64,000 nucleotides of DNA, taken from positions 416,001-480,000 of the forward strand of contig CAWDVR010000003.1 of NCBI GenBank assembly GCA_963805975.1, given 5' to 3'. This DNA is from an uncultured Acidobacteriota bacterium. Lineage in GTDB: Bacteria; Acidobacteriota; Thermoanaerobaculia; Multivoradales; SZUA-115. The stretch's first letter is position 1. Each line of letters begins with the position of its first letter. The translations under genes and the position numbers were made by a program. The notes beneath the pieces were generated by a model. It did not search any database and was not told the origin of the DNA. It saw nothing but the letters and a program-made list of their open reading frames with translations. Below, in pieces: positions 19,735-28,569 of the stretch.

Positions 19735-22224
19735 TCACTCGCTCTTGAGTACGCGCATCGGCTCGAGGCGCGTGGCCCGCCGCGCCGGCAGGTAGCAGGC
19801 GACGAGGCCCACTACCCCGAGCAGCACGGTGACGGCCGCGAAGGTCCGCGGATCGGTGGGGGAGACCCCGTAGAGCAGGCTCGCGATGGCGCGCGACAGG
19901 ACGAGGGCGCCGGCCAGGCCCGCGGCGAGGCCGGCCCCCACCACCGCCAGGCCGTGCCGGGTCACCATGCCGAGGACTTGCTTGCGCTCGGCGCCGAGCG
20001 CCATGCGGATGCCGATCTCCCGGCTGCGCTGGGCCACGGCGTAGGCCAGCACGCCGTAGAGGCCGAGCGCCGCGAGCGTCACCGCGATGGCGGCGAAGAC
20101 GCCCAGGAGCAGGGCGCCGAAGCGGGCCTGCGACAGGCTCTCTCCCGAGCGCTGCTGCATGGTCTTGAGGTCGAAGAGCGGGAGGTCACGGTTGAGAGCG
20201 CCGATCTCGGTGCGGATGGCCGGCACCAGGGCGAGCGGCGTGGTGTGGGCCTTGACGAAGACGTGGGTGGTCGGCGAGCCGTACTGCAGCACGGGCACGT
20301 AGATCTCCGCCTTGACCGCTTCCGAGGGCGGGCCGTAGCGCACGTCGCCCACGATGCCAACCACTTCGCCCAACTGGTCGTCCCGGAACATGCCGATGCC
20401 CACCGCCATCCGCTTGCCGAGCGCCGGCTCGCCGGGGAAGAGCTGCACCGCGGCCTTGCGATTGAGGATCACCGCGAGCGGCGCGCCCCGGCGGTCGGCG
20501 CTGCCGAAGGCCCGGCCTTCGAGGAGGGGGATGCCAAGGGTGCGGAAGTAGTCCGTGCCGATCATGTGCACGCCGATCGGGATCATGTCGCTGTCGGCGA
20601 TCGGCGGCCTGCCCTCGAGGGCGGTGACCACCGAGGCGGGGCAGCGGCTGGAGAGCGGCGTGCAGCGGTCGAAGGAGACCGCCGCCACCCCCGGCAGCGC
20701 GCCCAGGCGCTCGGAGAGCGACTCGAAGAAAGCAGTCGTGCCGGGGCCGTCGTACTCGCCCTCGGGCGGTTGCAGCCGGAAGGTGAGGACGTTGCTGCCG
20801 TCGAAGCCCACGTCCTCGCGCGCCAGGAGCGAGAAGGTACGGAGCATCAGCCCGGCGCCCACCAGCAGCACCAGCGCCACCGCCACCTGGCCCGCGACCA
20901 GGAGGTTCCTCGGCGTCAGGCCGCCGCGAAAGCCGGCGGTGCTGGCGGCGGCCTGGCGCATGGCGGCGCCGAGGTCACGGCGGGCGGCGTGCACCGCCGG
21001 CAGCAGGCCGAAGACCAGCGCCACGGCGACCGATACCGCGAAGGTGAAGAGGAGAACCCGGGCGTCGACGTGAATCGACCCGAGATCGAGGAAATGGCCG
21101 GCGAGGAGCCCGGCGCTCGCCGAGCGCGCCGGGGCGATCCAGGCCAGCGCCTCGATCCCCCAGAGCGGCAGCAGGAGGCCCGCGAGGCCGCCCAGCACCG
21201 ACAGCACCAGGCTCTCGGTCAAGAGCTGGCGGACCAGCCGCCCGCGCTGCCCGCCGAGCGCCGCGCGCACCGCCATCTCGTGGCGCCGCGCGGTGGCCCG
21301 CGCCATCAGGAGGCTCGAGATCGAGGCGCAGGCGATGAGCAGCACGAAGCCCACGGCGCCCATCAGCACCACCACCGAGGTGGCGAGCGCACGGTCCTGG
21401 CGCGCCGTCCGGAACGGCACCGTCTGCGCGCCCCAGGCGCTGCCGTCGCTCCTCGGCGAGGGGTGCGCCTCGGCCACGCGGCGGCCGGCGGCCACCACCG
21501 CCTCCGCGGCCTGCTCCGGGCTGACCCCCGGCTTCAGCCGGCCGACCACGGCCAGCCAGTGCATCCAGCGCTCCTCGAACACCTCGGGGTAGATCAGCTC
21601 GCCCGCCATCGCCACCGGCACCCACAGCTCGGCTTCGCCGGAGAGCCCGCGCACCCCCGGTGCCAGCACGCCGAGCACGGTGAGCGGCCGGCGGTTGATG
21701 GTGATCGTCTTGCCGACCAGCGCCGGGTCGCCGCCGAAGCGCCGCTTCCAGAGGGAGTGGCTCAGCACCACCACCGGCGTCTTGGCCGGCGCCGTGTCCT
21801 CCTCCTCGGTGTAGAGCCGGCCGTGGGAGGTCTTCAGGCCGAGCAGCGGGAAGTACGAGGCGGTGGCGATCTCGGCGCGCAGTCGCTCCGGCTCGCCGGC
21901 GCCGGTCAGCGTGGTGTCGATGGTGTCGAAGGCGGCGAGCGACTCGAAGGCGCGGTCCACTTCGCGGAGCGTCATGAACTTGGCGTATGACCAGGGTGCC
22001 TCGCGGCGCGGCTCCGAGGGGCGGTCGACCGTCATCTCCAGCACCGCGATGCGGTCCGGCTCGGGGTAGGGCGGGTCCCTGAGGAGCGTCTGGTCGAGGA
22101 TCGAGAACATCGTCGCGTTGGCGCCGATCCCCAGGGCGAGCGTGGCCACGGCCACCAGCGTGAAGCCCGGGCTCTTCAACAGCAGGCGGACGGCGAGGCG
22201 GAGGTCGGAAAGGAAAGTCGTCAT
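19735..22224 (-). CDS. ADOP-type duplicated MacB/FtsX ABC permease
   Basis: Same architecture; close paralog of the next gene. Confidence 0.92.
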   Translation of the reverse strand: MTTFLSDLRLAVRLLLKSPGFTLVAVATLALGIGANATMFSILDQTLLRDPPYPEPDRIAVLEMTVDRPSEPRREAPWSYAKFMTLREVDRAFESLAAFDTIDTTLTGAGEPERLRAEIATASYFPLLGLKTSHGRLYTEEEDTAPAKTPVVVLSHSLWKRRFGGDPALVGKTITINRRPLTVLGVLAPGVRGLSGEAELWVPVAMAGELIYPEVFEERWMHWLAVVGRLKPGVSPEQAAEAVVAAGRRVAEAHPSPRSDGSAWGAQTVPFRTARQDRALATSVVVLMGAVGFVLLIACASISSLLMARATARRHEMAVRAALGGQRGRLVRQLLTESLVLSVLGGLAGLLLPLWGIEALAWIAPARSASAGLLAGHFLDLGSIHVDARVLLFTFAVSVAVALVFGLLPAVHAARRDLGAAMRQAAASTAGFRGGLTPRNLLVAGQVAVALVLLVGAGLMLRTFSLLAREDVGFDGSNVLTFRLQPPEGEYDGPGTTAFFESLSERLGALPGVAAVSFDRCTPLSSRCPASVVTALEGRPPIADSDMIPIGVHMIGTDYFRTLGIPLLEGRAFGSADRRGAPLAVILNRKAAVQLFPGEPALGKRMAVGIGMFRDDQLGEVVGIVGDVRYGPPSEAVKAEIYVPVLQYGSPTTHVFVKAHTTPLALVPAIRTEIGALNRDLPLFDLKTMQQRSGESLSQARFGALLLGVFAAIAVTLAALGLYGVLAYAVAQRSREIGIRMALGAERKQVLGMVTRHGLAVVGAGLAAGLAGALVLSRAIASLLYGVSPTDPRTFAAVTVLLGVVGLVACYLPARRATRLEPMRVLKSE

Positions 22225-22233
22225 CGGTAGCTC

Positions 22234-24729
22234 CTACTCGCCTCGCAGCACGTTCATGGGGTCGAGGCGCGTGGCGCGCCGCGCCGGCAGGTAGCAGGCG
22301 AGGAAGGCGACGCCGCCGAGGAGCAGGGTGACCACGGCGAAAGTGGCGGGATCGGTGGGCGATACGCCGTAGAGCAGGCTCTCGACCGCGCGCGTCAGGG
22401 CGAGAGCTCCGGCCAGGCCCGCCGCGAGACCGATCCCCGTCACCGTGAGGCCGTGGCGGGTGACCATGGCCAGCACCTGCCGCCGCTCGGCGCCGAGCGC
22501 CATGCGGATGCCGAGCTCGCGGCTCCGCTCACCGACCATGAAGGAGAGCACACCGTAGAGGCCGAGCGCGGCGAGGGTGATGGCGATGGCGGCGAACAGG
22601 CCCAGCAGCAGGGCGCGGAAACGGGCCTGCGACAGGCTGTCGCCGAGCCGCTGCTCCAGCGTCCGCAGATCGAAGAGCGGCAGGTTGGGATCGAGCGCGG
22701 CGATCTCCCGGCGGATCGCCGGCACCAGCGCGAGCGGCGCGCTCCCGGCCTTCACCAGCACGGTAGTCGAGGCCGACGCGTACTGCATCGCGTGCACGTA
22801 GACGTCCGGCCGCGCCGGCTCGGAGGCCGCGCCGTACGGCACGTCGCCCACCACACCGATCACCTCGGCGTAGGCGTCCTTGTCGCCGAACATCCCGATG
22901 CCGACCCGGATGCGCTGCCCGAGCGTGGTCTCGCCGGGGAACAGGCGTTGCGCCGCGGTCTGGTTGAGGATCGCCACCAGCGGCGCCCCCCGCGCGTCGG
23001 CGCGGGCGAAGCCGCGGCCGGCGACGAGCGGGATCGAGAGCAGGCGGAAGTACTCCCGCCCCACGGAGTGGACGCCGACCCGCACCGCCTCCGGGTGGGC
23101 GATCGGCGGCCGGCCGGCGACGGCGGTGACGCGCGAGCCGTCGCAAAGGCTGGAGAGCGGCGTGCAGCGGTTGACCGCCACCGCCTCCACCCCCGGTATC
23201 GCGCCCAGGCGCTCGGAGAGCGCTTCGATGAAGGGTGCCGCCTGCTCGGACGTGTACGCGCCGGTGGGCGGGTCGAGGCGGAAGGTGAGGACGTTCCTGG
23301 CGTCGAAACCGAGATCCTTGCTCGCCAGACGGGCGAAGGTCTCGATCATCAGCCCGGCGCCCACCAGCAGCACCAGGGCGAAGGCCACCTGCCCGGCCAC
23401 CAGCAGGTTGCGGGGGGTGAAGCCGGCGCGAAAGCCGGCGGCGCTCTGGCCGCTCGACTGGCGTAGCGGGGCCACGAGGTCGCGCCGCGAGGCGTGGAGG
23501 GCCGGCAGCAGGCCGAAGACCACGGCCACCCCGGTCGACAGCGCGAAGGTGAAGGCGAGCAGCCGGCCGTCGACCTGGACCGCGGCGAGATCCAGGAAGT
23601 GGCCGGCGAGGATGCCGGCGTTGGCCGAGCGCGTGGGCGCGAGGGCGGCCATCGCCTCCACGCCCCAGAGCGGGAAGAGAAGGCCGGCCGCGCCCCCCAA
23701 GAGGGCGAGCACCAGGCTCTCGGTCAGGAGCTGGCCGACCAGCCGCGCACGGCGCCCGCCGAGCGCCGCGCGCACCGTCATCTCGTGGCGGCGGGCGGTG
23801 GCCCGCGCCAGCAGCAGGTTCGAGATCGAGGCGCAGGCGATGAGCAGCACGAAGCCCACGGCGGCCATCAGCACCAGCACCGAGGTGGCGAGCGCGCGAT
23901 CGGTGCGCGCGGCCTCGAACGAGGTGAGCTGGGCGCCCCACCGCGCCGCGTCCTCGAACGGCGCCGGGTAGGCCTCGTCCACCCGCCGGCCTTCTGCCGC
24001 CAGGGCTTCCCGGGCCTGCTCGAAGCTGAGGCCGGGCTTGATGCGGCCGACCGCGGTCAGCCAATGGGACCAGTGGTCCTCGAAGACCTGGGGGTAGTAG
24101 AGCTCGCCGGCGAGAGTGAGCGGCACCCAGAAGTCGGCCTCACCCGACAGGCCGCGGAAGCCCGGCTGGGCCACGCCGAGCACGGTGAGCGGCTTGCGGT
24201 TCAGGGTGATCGTCTTGCCGGCGACCGCCGGATCCCCGCCGAATCGGCGCTTCCAGAGGCCGTGCCCCAGCACCACCACCGGCGAGCGGCCGGGCACCGC
24301 GTCCTCCGCCTCGGAGTACGTGCGGCCCACGACGGCCGTGATTCCCAGGAGCGGGAAGTAGGCGGCGGCAGCGATCTCGCCGCGCACGCGCTCCGGTTCG
24401 CCGGTGCCACTCAGCGTGGCGTCGATGGCGTCGAACGCGGCGAGCGGCTCGAACGCTTGGTCGATCTCCCGCAGGGTGACGAATTTCGAATAGGACCAGG
24501 GCATCACGTCCCGCGGCTGGCCTGCGGGCTCGGCGGTGACCTCGAGCAGAGCCAGCCGCCCGGGCTCGGGATAGGGTGGGGCCTTGAGCAGCGCGTGGTC
24601 GATGATCGAGAACATCGTCGCGTTGGCACCGATCCCCAGGGCGAGCGTGGCCACGGCCACCAGCGTGAAGCCGGGGCTCTTGGCGAGCAGGCGGACGGCC
24701 AGGCGGAGGTCGGAGAAGAAGGTCGTCAT
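22234..24729 (-). CDS. ADOP-type duplicated MacB/FtsX ABC permease
   Basis: Start reassigned to ATG 24729 (MTTFFSDLRLAVRLL, GGAGGAG SD). Confidence 0.92.
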   Translation of the reverse strand: MTTFFSDLRLAVRLLAKSPGFTLVAVATLALGIGANATMFSIIDHALLKAPPYPEPGRLALLEVTAEPAGQPRDVMPWSYSKFVTLREIDQAFEPLAAFDAIDATLSGTGEPERVRGEIAAAAYFPLLGITAVVGRTYSEAEDAVPGRSPVVVLGHGLWKRRFGGDPAVAGKTITLNRKPLTVLGVAQPGFRGLSGEADFWVPLTLAGELYYPQVFEDHWSHWLTAVGRIKPGLSFEQAREALAAEGRRVDEAYPAPFEDAARWGAQLTSFEAARTDRALATSVLVLMAAVGFVLLIACASISNLLLARATARRHEMTVRAALGGRRARLVGQLLTESLVLALLGGAAGLLFPLWGVEAMAALAPTRSANAGILAGHFLDLAAVQVDGRLLAFTFALSTGVAVVFGLLPALHASRRDLVAPLRQSSGQSAAGFRAGFTPRNLLVAGQVAFALVLLVGAGLMIETFARLASKDLGFDARNVLTFRLDPPTGAYTSEQAAPFIEALSERLGAIPGVEAVAVNRCTPLSSLCDGSRVTAVAGRPPIAHPEAVRVGVHSVGREYFRLLSIPLVAGRGFARADARGAPLVAILNQTAAQRLFPGETTLGQRIRVGIGMFGDKDAYAEVIGVVGDVPYGAASEPARPDVYVHAMQYASASTTVLVKAGSAPLALVPAIRREIAALDPNLPLFDLRTLEQRLGDSLSQARFRALLLGLFAAIAITLAALGLYGVLSFMVGERSRELGIRMALGAERRQVLAMVTRHGLTVTGIGLAAGLAGALALTRAVESLLYGVSPTDPATFAVVTLLLGGVAFLACYLPARRATRLDPMNVLRGE

Positions 24730-24954
24730 GAGACTCTCCTCCGCGCGGAGGCTGCGCGGTTGGCCGGCGGAGGAGCAAGCGGTGTGCCGTCGGGAGCGAG
24801 CGCGCGGATTCGCGGCACGACGGTGGTTGGGGCCGCGCCCGCGCTCCGGTTCCGGGCACCGGCAGTCCCGGAAGCGGACATGGCTTTGTTGACAGCGACG
24901 AGCGGGCCGGGAAATAGTGCGCCGAGTTTCGAGATCCCTTTCCCGGAGGTGCCT

Positions 24955-25899
24955 GTGAGCGAGCTCCTCGACGTGGCCGAGACCCCGGACGCGGAACAGG
25001 CCGAGGCGACGCCTGCCGGCGGGCCGGCGGCGCCGCGGCGGCCGAAGATCCGCGACATGGAAGGCGTGGTGACGGAGGTCATTGTCGAGACCGCCGACTC
25101 CGCCACTGTCGTGCTCTTCACCGGTAACGAGCCGCTCGACTACTGGCCCGGTCACTTCCTCACCCTCCGGCCGCACCAGTTCCCGGCCCTCCAGCGCTTC
25201 GTCGCCTACTTCGAGGACGTGAAGGGCCGGGCCGAGCCGCCGCGCGCCTACTCCATGGCCTCGGCGCCGCACGAGAAGTACCTCGCCTTCACCATCAAGG
25301 AAGAGCTCTACGTGAGCGGCGCGACCAAGTACCCGCCGTTGATGTCGCCTTTCCTCACCTACCGCCTGAAGCCGGGCACGCGCCTCGAGTTCACCGGCTT
25401 CGGCGGGCCGTACGTGATGCCGCACGACATCGAGTCCCGCACCGACCACCTGGTGCACATCTGCGCCGGCTCCGGCATCGTGCCCAACTTCAGCATCCTC
25501 AAGCACGCGCTGGTCACGGGCATGAAGCTCCGCCACACGCTGATCTACGGCAACAAGACCTGGGACGACATCATCTTCCGCGACGCGCTCCGCGACCTCG
25601 AGCGCCGCTACCCGGACCGGCTGACCATCCACCACGCCATCTCCCGCGAGAAGGACGTGGCCCGCCACGGCCCCCACGTGCGCACCGGCCGCGTCGGCCT
25701 CGAGATGATCCGCGAGCTGGTCCCCGATCCCTCGGCCATCGAGATCTTCACCTGCGGCCCCGGCCTCACGAAGTTCGACAAAGAAGCCGCCCGGGAGAAA
25801 GGCGAAGCACCCACCCCGAGGTTTCTGGAGACCGTGCTCGAAGCGGTGAAAGAGATCGGCGTGCCCAAGCAGAAGGTCCACCGCGAGGCGTACGGGTAG
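24955..25899 (+). CDS. FNR-like FAD/NAD(P)-binding oxidoreductase
   Basis: PGHF, RAYSMAS, CAGSGIVP, TCGP and terminal REAYG motifs; GTG start with GGAGG SD. Confidence 0.88.
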   Translation: MSELLDVAETPDAEQAEATPAGGPAAPRRPKIRDMEGVVTEVIVETADSATVVLFTGNEPLDYWPGHFLTLRPHQFPALQRFVAYFEDVKGRAEPPRAYSMASAPHEKYLAFTIKEELYVSGATKYPPLMSPFLTYRLKPGTRLEFTGFGGPYVMPHDIESRTDHLVHICAGSGIVPNFSILKHALVTGMKLRHTLIYGNKTWDDIIFRDALRDLERRYPDRLTIHHAISREKDVARHGPHVRTGRVGLEMIRELVPDPSAIEIFTCGPGLTKFDKEAAREKGEAPTPRFLETVLEAVKEIGVPKQKVHREAYG

Positions 25900-25933
25900 G
25901 CGCCCCGCACTCTGGTGGCCTAAGGGGGGTGGC

Positions 25934-26227
25934 CTACGGCCGGGCCTGCATCCAGCGGCTCACTGCCTCGGCGATTCGCTCGACCCCGAGGTCGAGGCGG
26001 ATGGCCTTCAGGTCGCCGGCGAGCCGGTCGAAAGTGAGGTCTGCGGGTTCGCCGGTCGAGCCCCCGCCTCCCCGCAGGTCGACGTAGACGAGCCGCAGGC
26101 CGTCGCTCAGTTGGGGCGGCGTGAGGCGCTCGTACGGCCGCGTGCCGATGGCACTCAGGACCAGGCACGTGGGCCCGGTGCCGCGGGTCGAGTAGAAGAG
26201 GTCGGCGCCCTGGACGGAGACGATCAT
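25934..26227 (-). pseudogene. internally deleted alpha/beta-hydrolase remnant
   Basis: 97 aa. The N-terminal hydrolase segment (LFYSTRGTGP, VYVDLRGGG, LGVERI) jumps straight to a C-terminal-like helix; no G-x-S-x-G. Coupled to the terC stop. Confidence 0.65.
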
Positions 26228-27186
26228 CAGAGCCCGGACTGCCGCTCGCTGGTCTCGATCACCGCCGCCTCCCGCGCCTGCCGCCGGTTGGCGATCCACG
26301 ACGCCACGATGGCGATGGCGAGGAGGGTCACGATCACCCCGAGCGAGACCAGGATCGGGATCTTCACCCACTCGACGATCACCATCTTGACGCCGACGAA
26401 GGTGAGGATCGCCGACAGCGCCGGCTTCAGATACACGAACTTGCTCACCGCGCCGGAGAGCAGGAAGTAGAGCGAGCGCAGGCCGAGGATGGCGAAGATG
26501 TTCGAGGTGAAGACGATGAACGGGTCGCGGGTCACCGCGAAGATGGCCGGGATCGAGTCGACGGCGAAGATGAGGTCCGTGATCTCGACCAGCACCAGGA
26601 CCAGGAAGAGCGGCGTCGCCGCCCACTTGCCGGCCTCGCGGACGAAGAAGCTCGCGCCGTGGAACTCGCGGGTCACCGGCAGCACGCGGCGCACGAGCTT
26701 CAGCACCGGGTTCTTGGTGGGGTCGATCTCCTCGTCGCGGGAGAGGAACATCTTGACGCCGGTGAGGATCAGGAAGCCGCCGAAGATGTAGATCACCCAG
26801 TGGAAGCTCGCGAGGAGCGCGGAGCCGGCGCCGATCATCGTGCCGCGCATCAGCAGCGCGCCGAGGATGCCCCAGAAGAGCACCCGGTGCTGGTGGATCG
26901 CCGGCACCGCGAAGAAGCTGAAGATCAGCACGAAGACGAACATGTTGTCGACCGAGAGCGACTGCTCGATCACGTAGCCGGTGAGGAACTCGAGCCCGGC
27001 CTGGGGCCCGCGGAAGACGTAGAGGCCGGCGCCGAAGATCACGGCCAGGGTCATCCATACCCCGACCCAGACCGCGGCCTCCTTGACCTTCACCACGTGC
27101 GCTTTGCGGTGGAAGACGCCGAGATCCAGCGCCAGCATGGAGACGACGAAGAGGAGGAACAGAACCCACGGCCAGACGCCTACCAT
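26227..27186 (-). CDS. TerC-family (Alx-like) membrane protein, probable Mn2+ homeostasis
   Basis: EQSLSVDNMFVF, QHRVLFWGILGAL, DLIFAVDSIPA and SNIFAILGLRSLYF motifs. Confidence 0.95.
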   Translation of the reverse strand: MVGVWPWVLFLLFVVSMLALDLGVFHRKAHVVKVKEAAVWVGVWMTLAVIFGAGLYVFRGPQAGLEFLTGYVIEQSLSVDNMFVFVLIFSFFAVPAIHQHRVLFWGILGALLMRGTMIGAGSALLASFHWVIYIFGGFLILTGVKMFLSRDEEIDPTKNPVLKLVRRVLPVTREFHGASFFVREAGKWAATPLFLVLVLVEITDLIFAVDSIPAIFAVTRDPFIVFTSNIFAILGLRSLYFLLSGAVSKFVYLKPALSAILTFVGVKMVIVEWVKIPILVSLGVIVTLLAIAIVASWIANRRQAREAAVIETSERQSGL

Positions 27187-27212
27187 GTGGAAGCTCTCCA
27201 GCCGGGCCGTGG

Positions 27213-27258
27213 AAAGAAAAAGGCGAGACCACGTCCCGAGGATCGTGGTGGTCTCGCC
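27213..27258 (-). terminator. intrinsic terminator forming the riboswitch expression platform
   Basis: Minus strand GGCGAGACCAC...GTGGTCTCGCC followed by TTTTTCTTT; the 5' arm overlaps the aptamer 3' end. Confidence 0.8.
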
Positions 27259-27370
27259 TCTCGTGCCGGAGCCGCTGCCGGGCTCCGGTCCTGCGGGGCC
27301 GCCGGGCCGCCTTTGGCGCCCGTGTTGACGACGACCCCGGCCCGCAAAGGCGGGCGGCTACTCCCCAACC
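27247..27370 (-). ncRNA. yybP-ykoY (Mn2+) riboswitch
   Basis: Minus strand GGGGAGTAGCC...CGTCAACAC...GGCGAGACC signature, directly upstream of a TerC gene. Confidence 0.88.
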
Positions 27371-27429
27371 GTTCGCCGGCCCGAACAATGCGGCGGGATG
27401 AGATATTCCCGCTCCAGGATGCCTTGAGC

Positions 27430-27455
27430 TGTCATCCTGAGCGCAGCGAAGGATC
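27430..27455. repeat. REP-like palindrome TGTCATCCTGAGCGCAGCGAAGGATC, copy 2
   Basis: Identical to 10195-10220. Confidence 0.8.
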
Positions 27456-27467
27456 TTGTCCACGGGC

Positions 27468-27559
27468 AGTGGTTTCGGTCCCAGGTGCCCTGGTGCGGTG
27501 CTCGAGCTCCCTGGCGGGCGGCCTGCGCTCCTCCCAGGGCACCTGGGACCGAAACCACT
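27468..27559. repeat. long-stem hairpin element, copy 2
   Basis: Perfect 26-bp inverted repeat 27468-27493/27534-27559 around a 40-nt core (minus strand GAGGAGCGCAG...TCGAGCACCGCA). Confidence 0.85.
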
Positions 27560-28508
27560 ACTGCCGCGCCTCGTAGCCGCTCACGGCGCGCACCACCACG
27601 CCTTTCCGCTTCACCTGCACCTCGACCGTGCGCCGGCCGCCGGAGGCCAGGGGCACGGTGGGGTAGTAGGTCAGGAGGTAGGCGCTCCGGAGCTCGTTCT
27701 CGATGCGCTGGTAGATCGTCGTGAGGTCGCCTTCGGTGGGCACGAAGTAGACGTCGCCGCCGCCCGCCCTCGCCATGCGCTCGAGCTTGGCGATGAAGCC
27801 TCGGGTCTGGAAGTCCCGCCCGCCGCTCCGCGCCGCCTGGTTGTTGGTGACGATCATGTAGACCGGCAGGCCGGCGGCCCGCGCCCTGGCATAGGCCTCG
27901 CGGTAGGCCCTGCCGCCGTCCTCGTCGGCGCCGTCGAAGAAGACGATCAGCGCCCGCTTGCCGCGCGAGCGCCCGAGCTCGTCGAGCGACAGCGTGATCG
28001 AGGCCCAGAGCGGCGTCATGCCCTTGGGCTCCAGGCCTCGCAGCCCGTCCTTCACCCGGTCGAGCGCGCCGGTGGTGCCCGTCACCAGCTCCGGCTCGGC
28101 GCCGAAGCTCACCAGGAAGGCGCGGTCCCGAGCCGGGGTGAGGCTCGTGACCAGGTCTCCCGCGGCCTTCACCACGGCCGGCAGCTTGACGAACATCGAG
28201 GCCGAGGTGTCGATCGACAGCCCGACGGTGACCGGCAGGTCGCGCGAGGTGGTGGCCGTCTCGAGCTGCTGCTCCACGCCGTTCTCGCGCACCACGAAGT
28301 CGGCGGCGGTGAGGTCGGTGATGGTGGCGCCGCTCTTGTCCGTGGCGGTGACGTAGAGCTCGGTCAGCCGCACGTCGATCGACTCGCCGAAACCGGCCGG
28401 CGGCTCCACGGCCTGCTGCGCCTCGGTCTGGGGCTGGGCCGCGACGGTGAGCGCCACGAGGGCGAGCACGGCGGCCACGGGTACGGTGAGGAGTGCGACA
28501 AACCACAC
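27558..28508 (-). CDS. VWA-domain protein (acidobacterial VWFA-related type)
   Basis: YVTATDKSG..ITDLTAADF, IDTSASM MIDAS motif, T-L-W and FFDG. Start uncertain. Confidence 0.85.
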   Translation of the reverse strand: MWFVALLTVPVAAVLALVALTVAAQPQTEAQQAVEPPAGFGESIDVRLTELYVTATDKSGATITDLTAADFVVRENGVEQQLETATTSRDLPVTVGLSIDTSASMFVKLPAVVKAAGDLVTSLTPARDRAFLVSFGAEPELVTGTTGALDRVKDGLRGLEPKGMTPLWASITLSLDELGRSRGKRALIVFFDGADEDGGRAYREAYARARAAGLPVYMIVTNNQAARSGGRDFQTRGFIAKLERMARAGGGDVYFVPTEGDLTTIYQRIENELRSAYLLTYYPTVPLASGGRRTVEVQVKRKGVVVRAVSGYEARQ

Positions 28509-28569
28509 GCCGTGCGTCGTTTTCCCGACAGGGCTGCGCGGCGTGGACGAAGCGGCTAGCATGCTCCCG

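Noticed and set aside
17827-21990. Very long antisense or alternate-frame ORFs (also 449-2611, 10260-13253, 27358-31260, 39535-42732, 47431-50262, 55258-57621)
   Set aside because: They are shadows of high-GC genes: Arg/Gly/Ala-rich, no family motifs, and they overlap well-supported genes.
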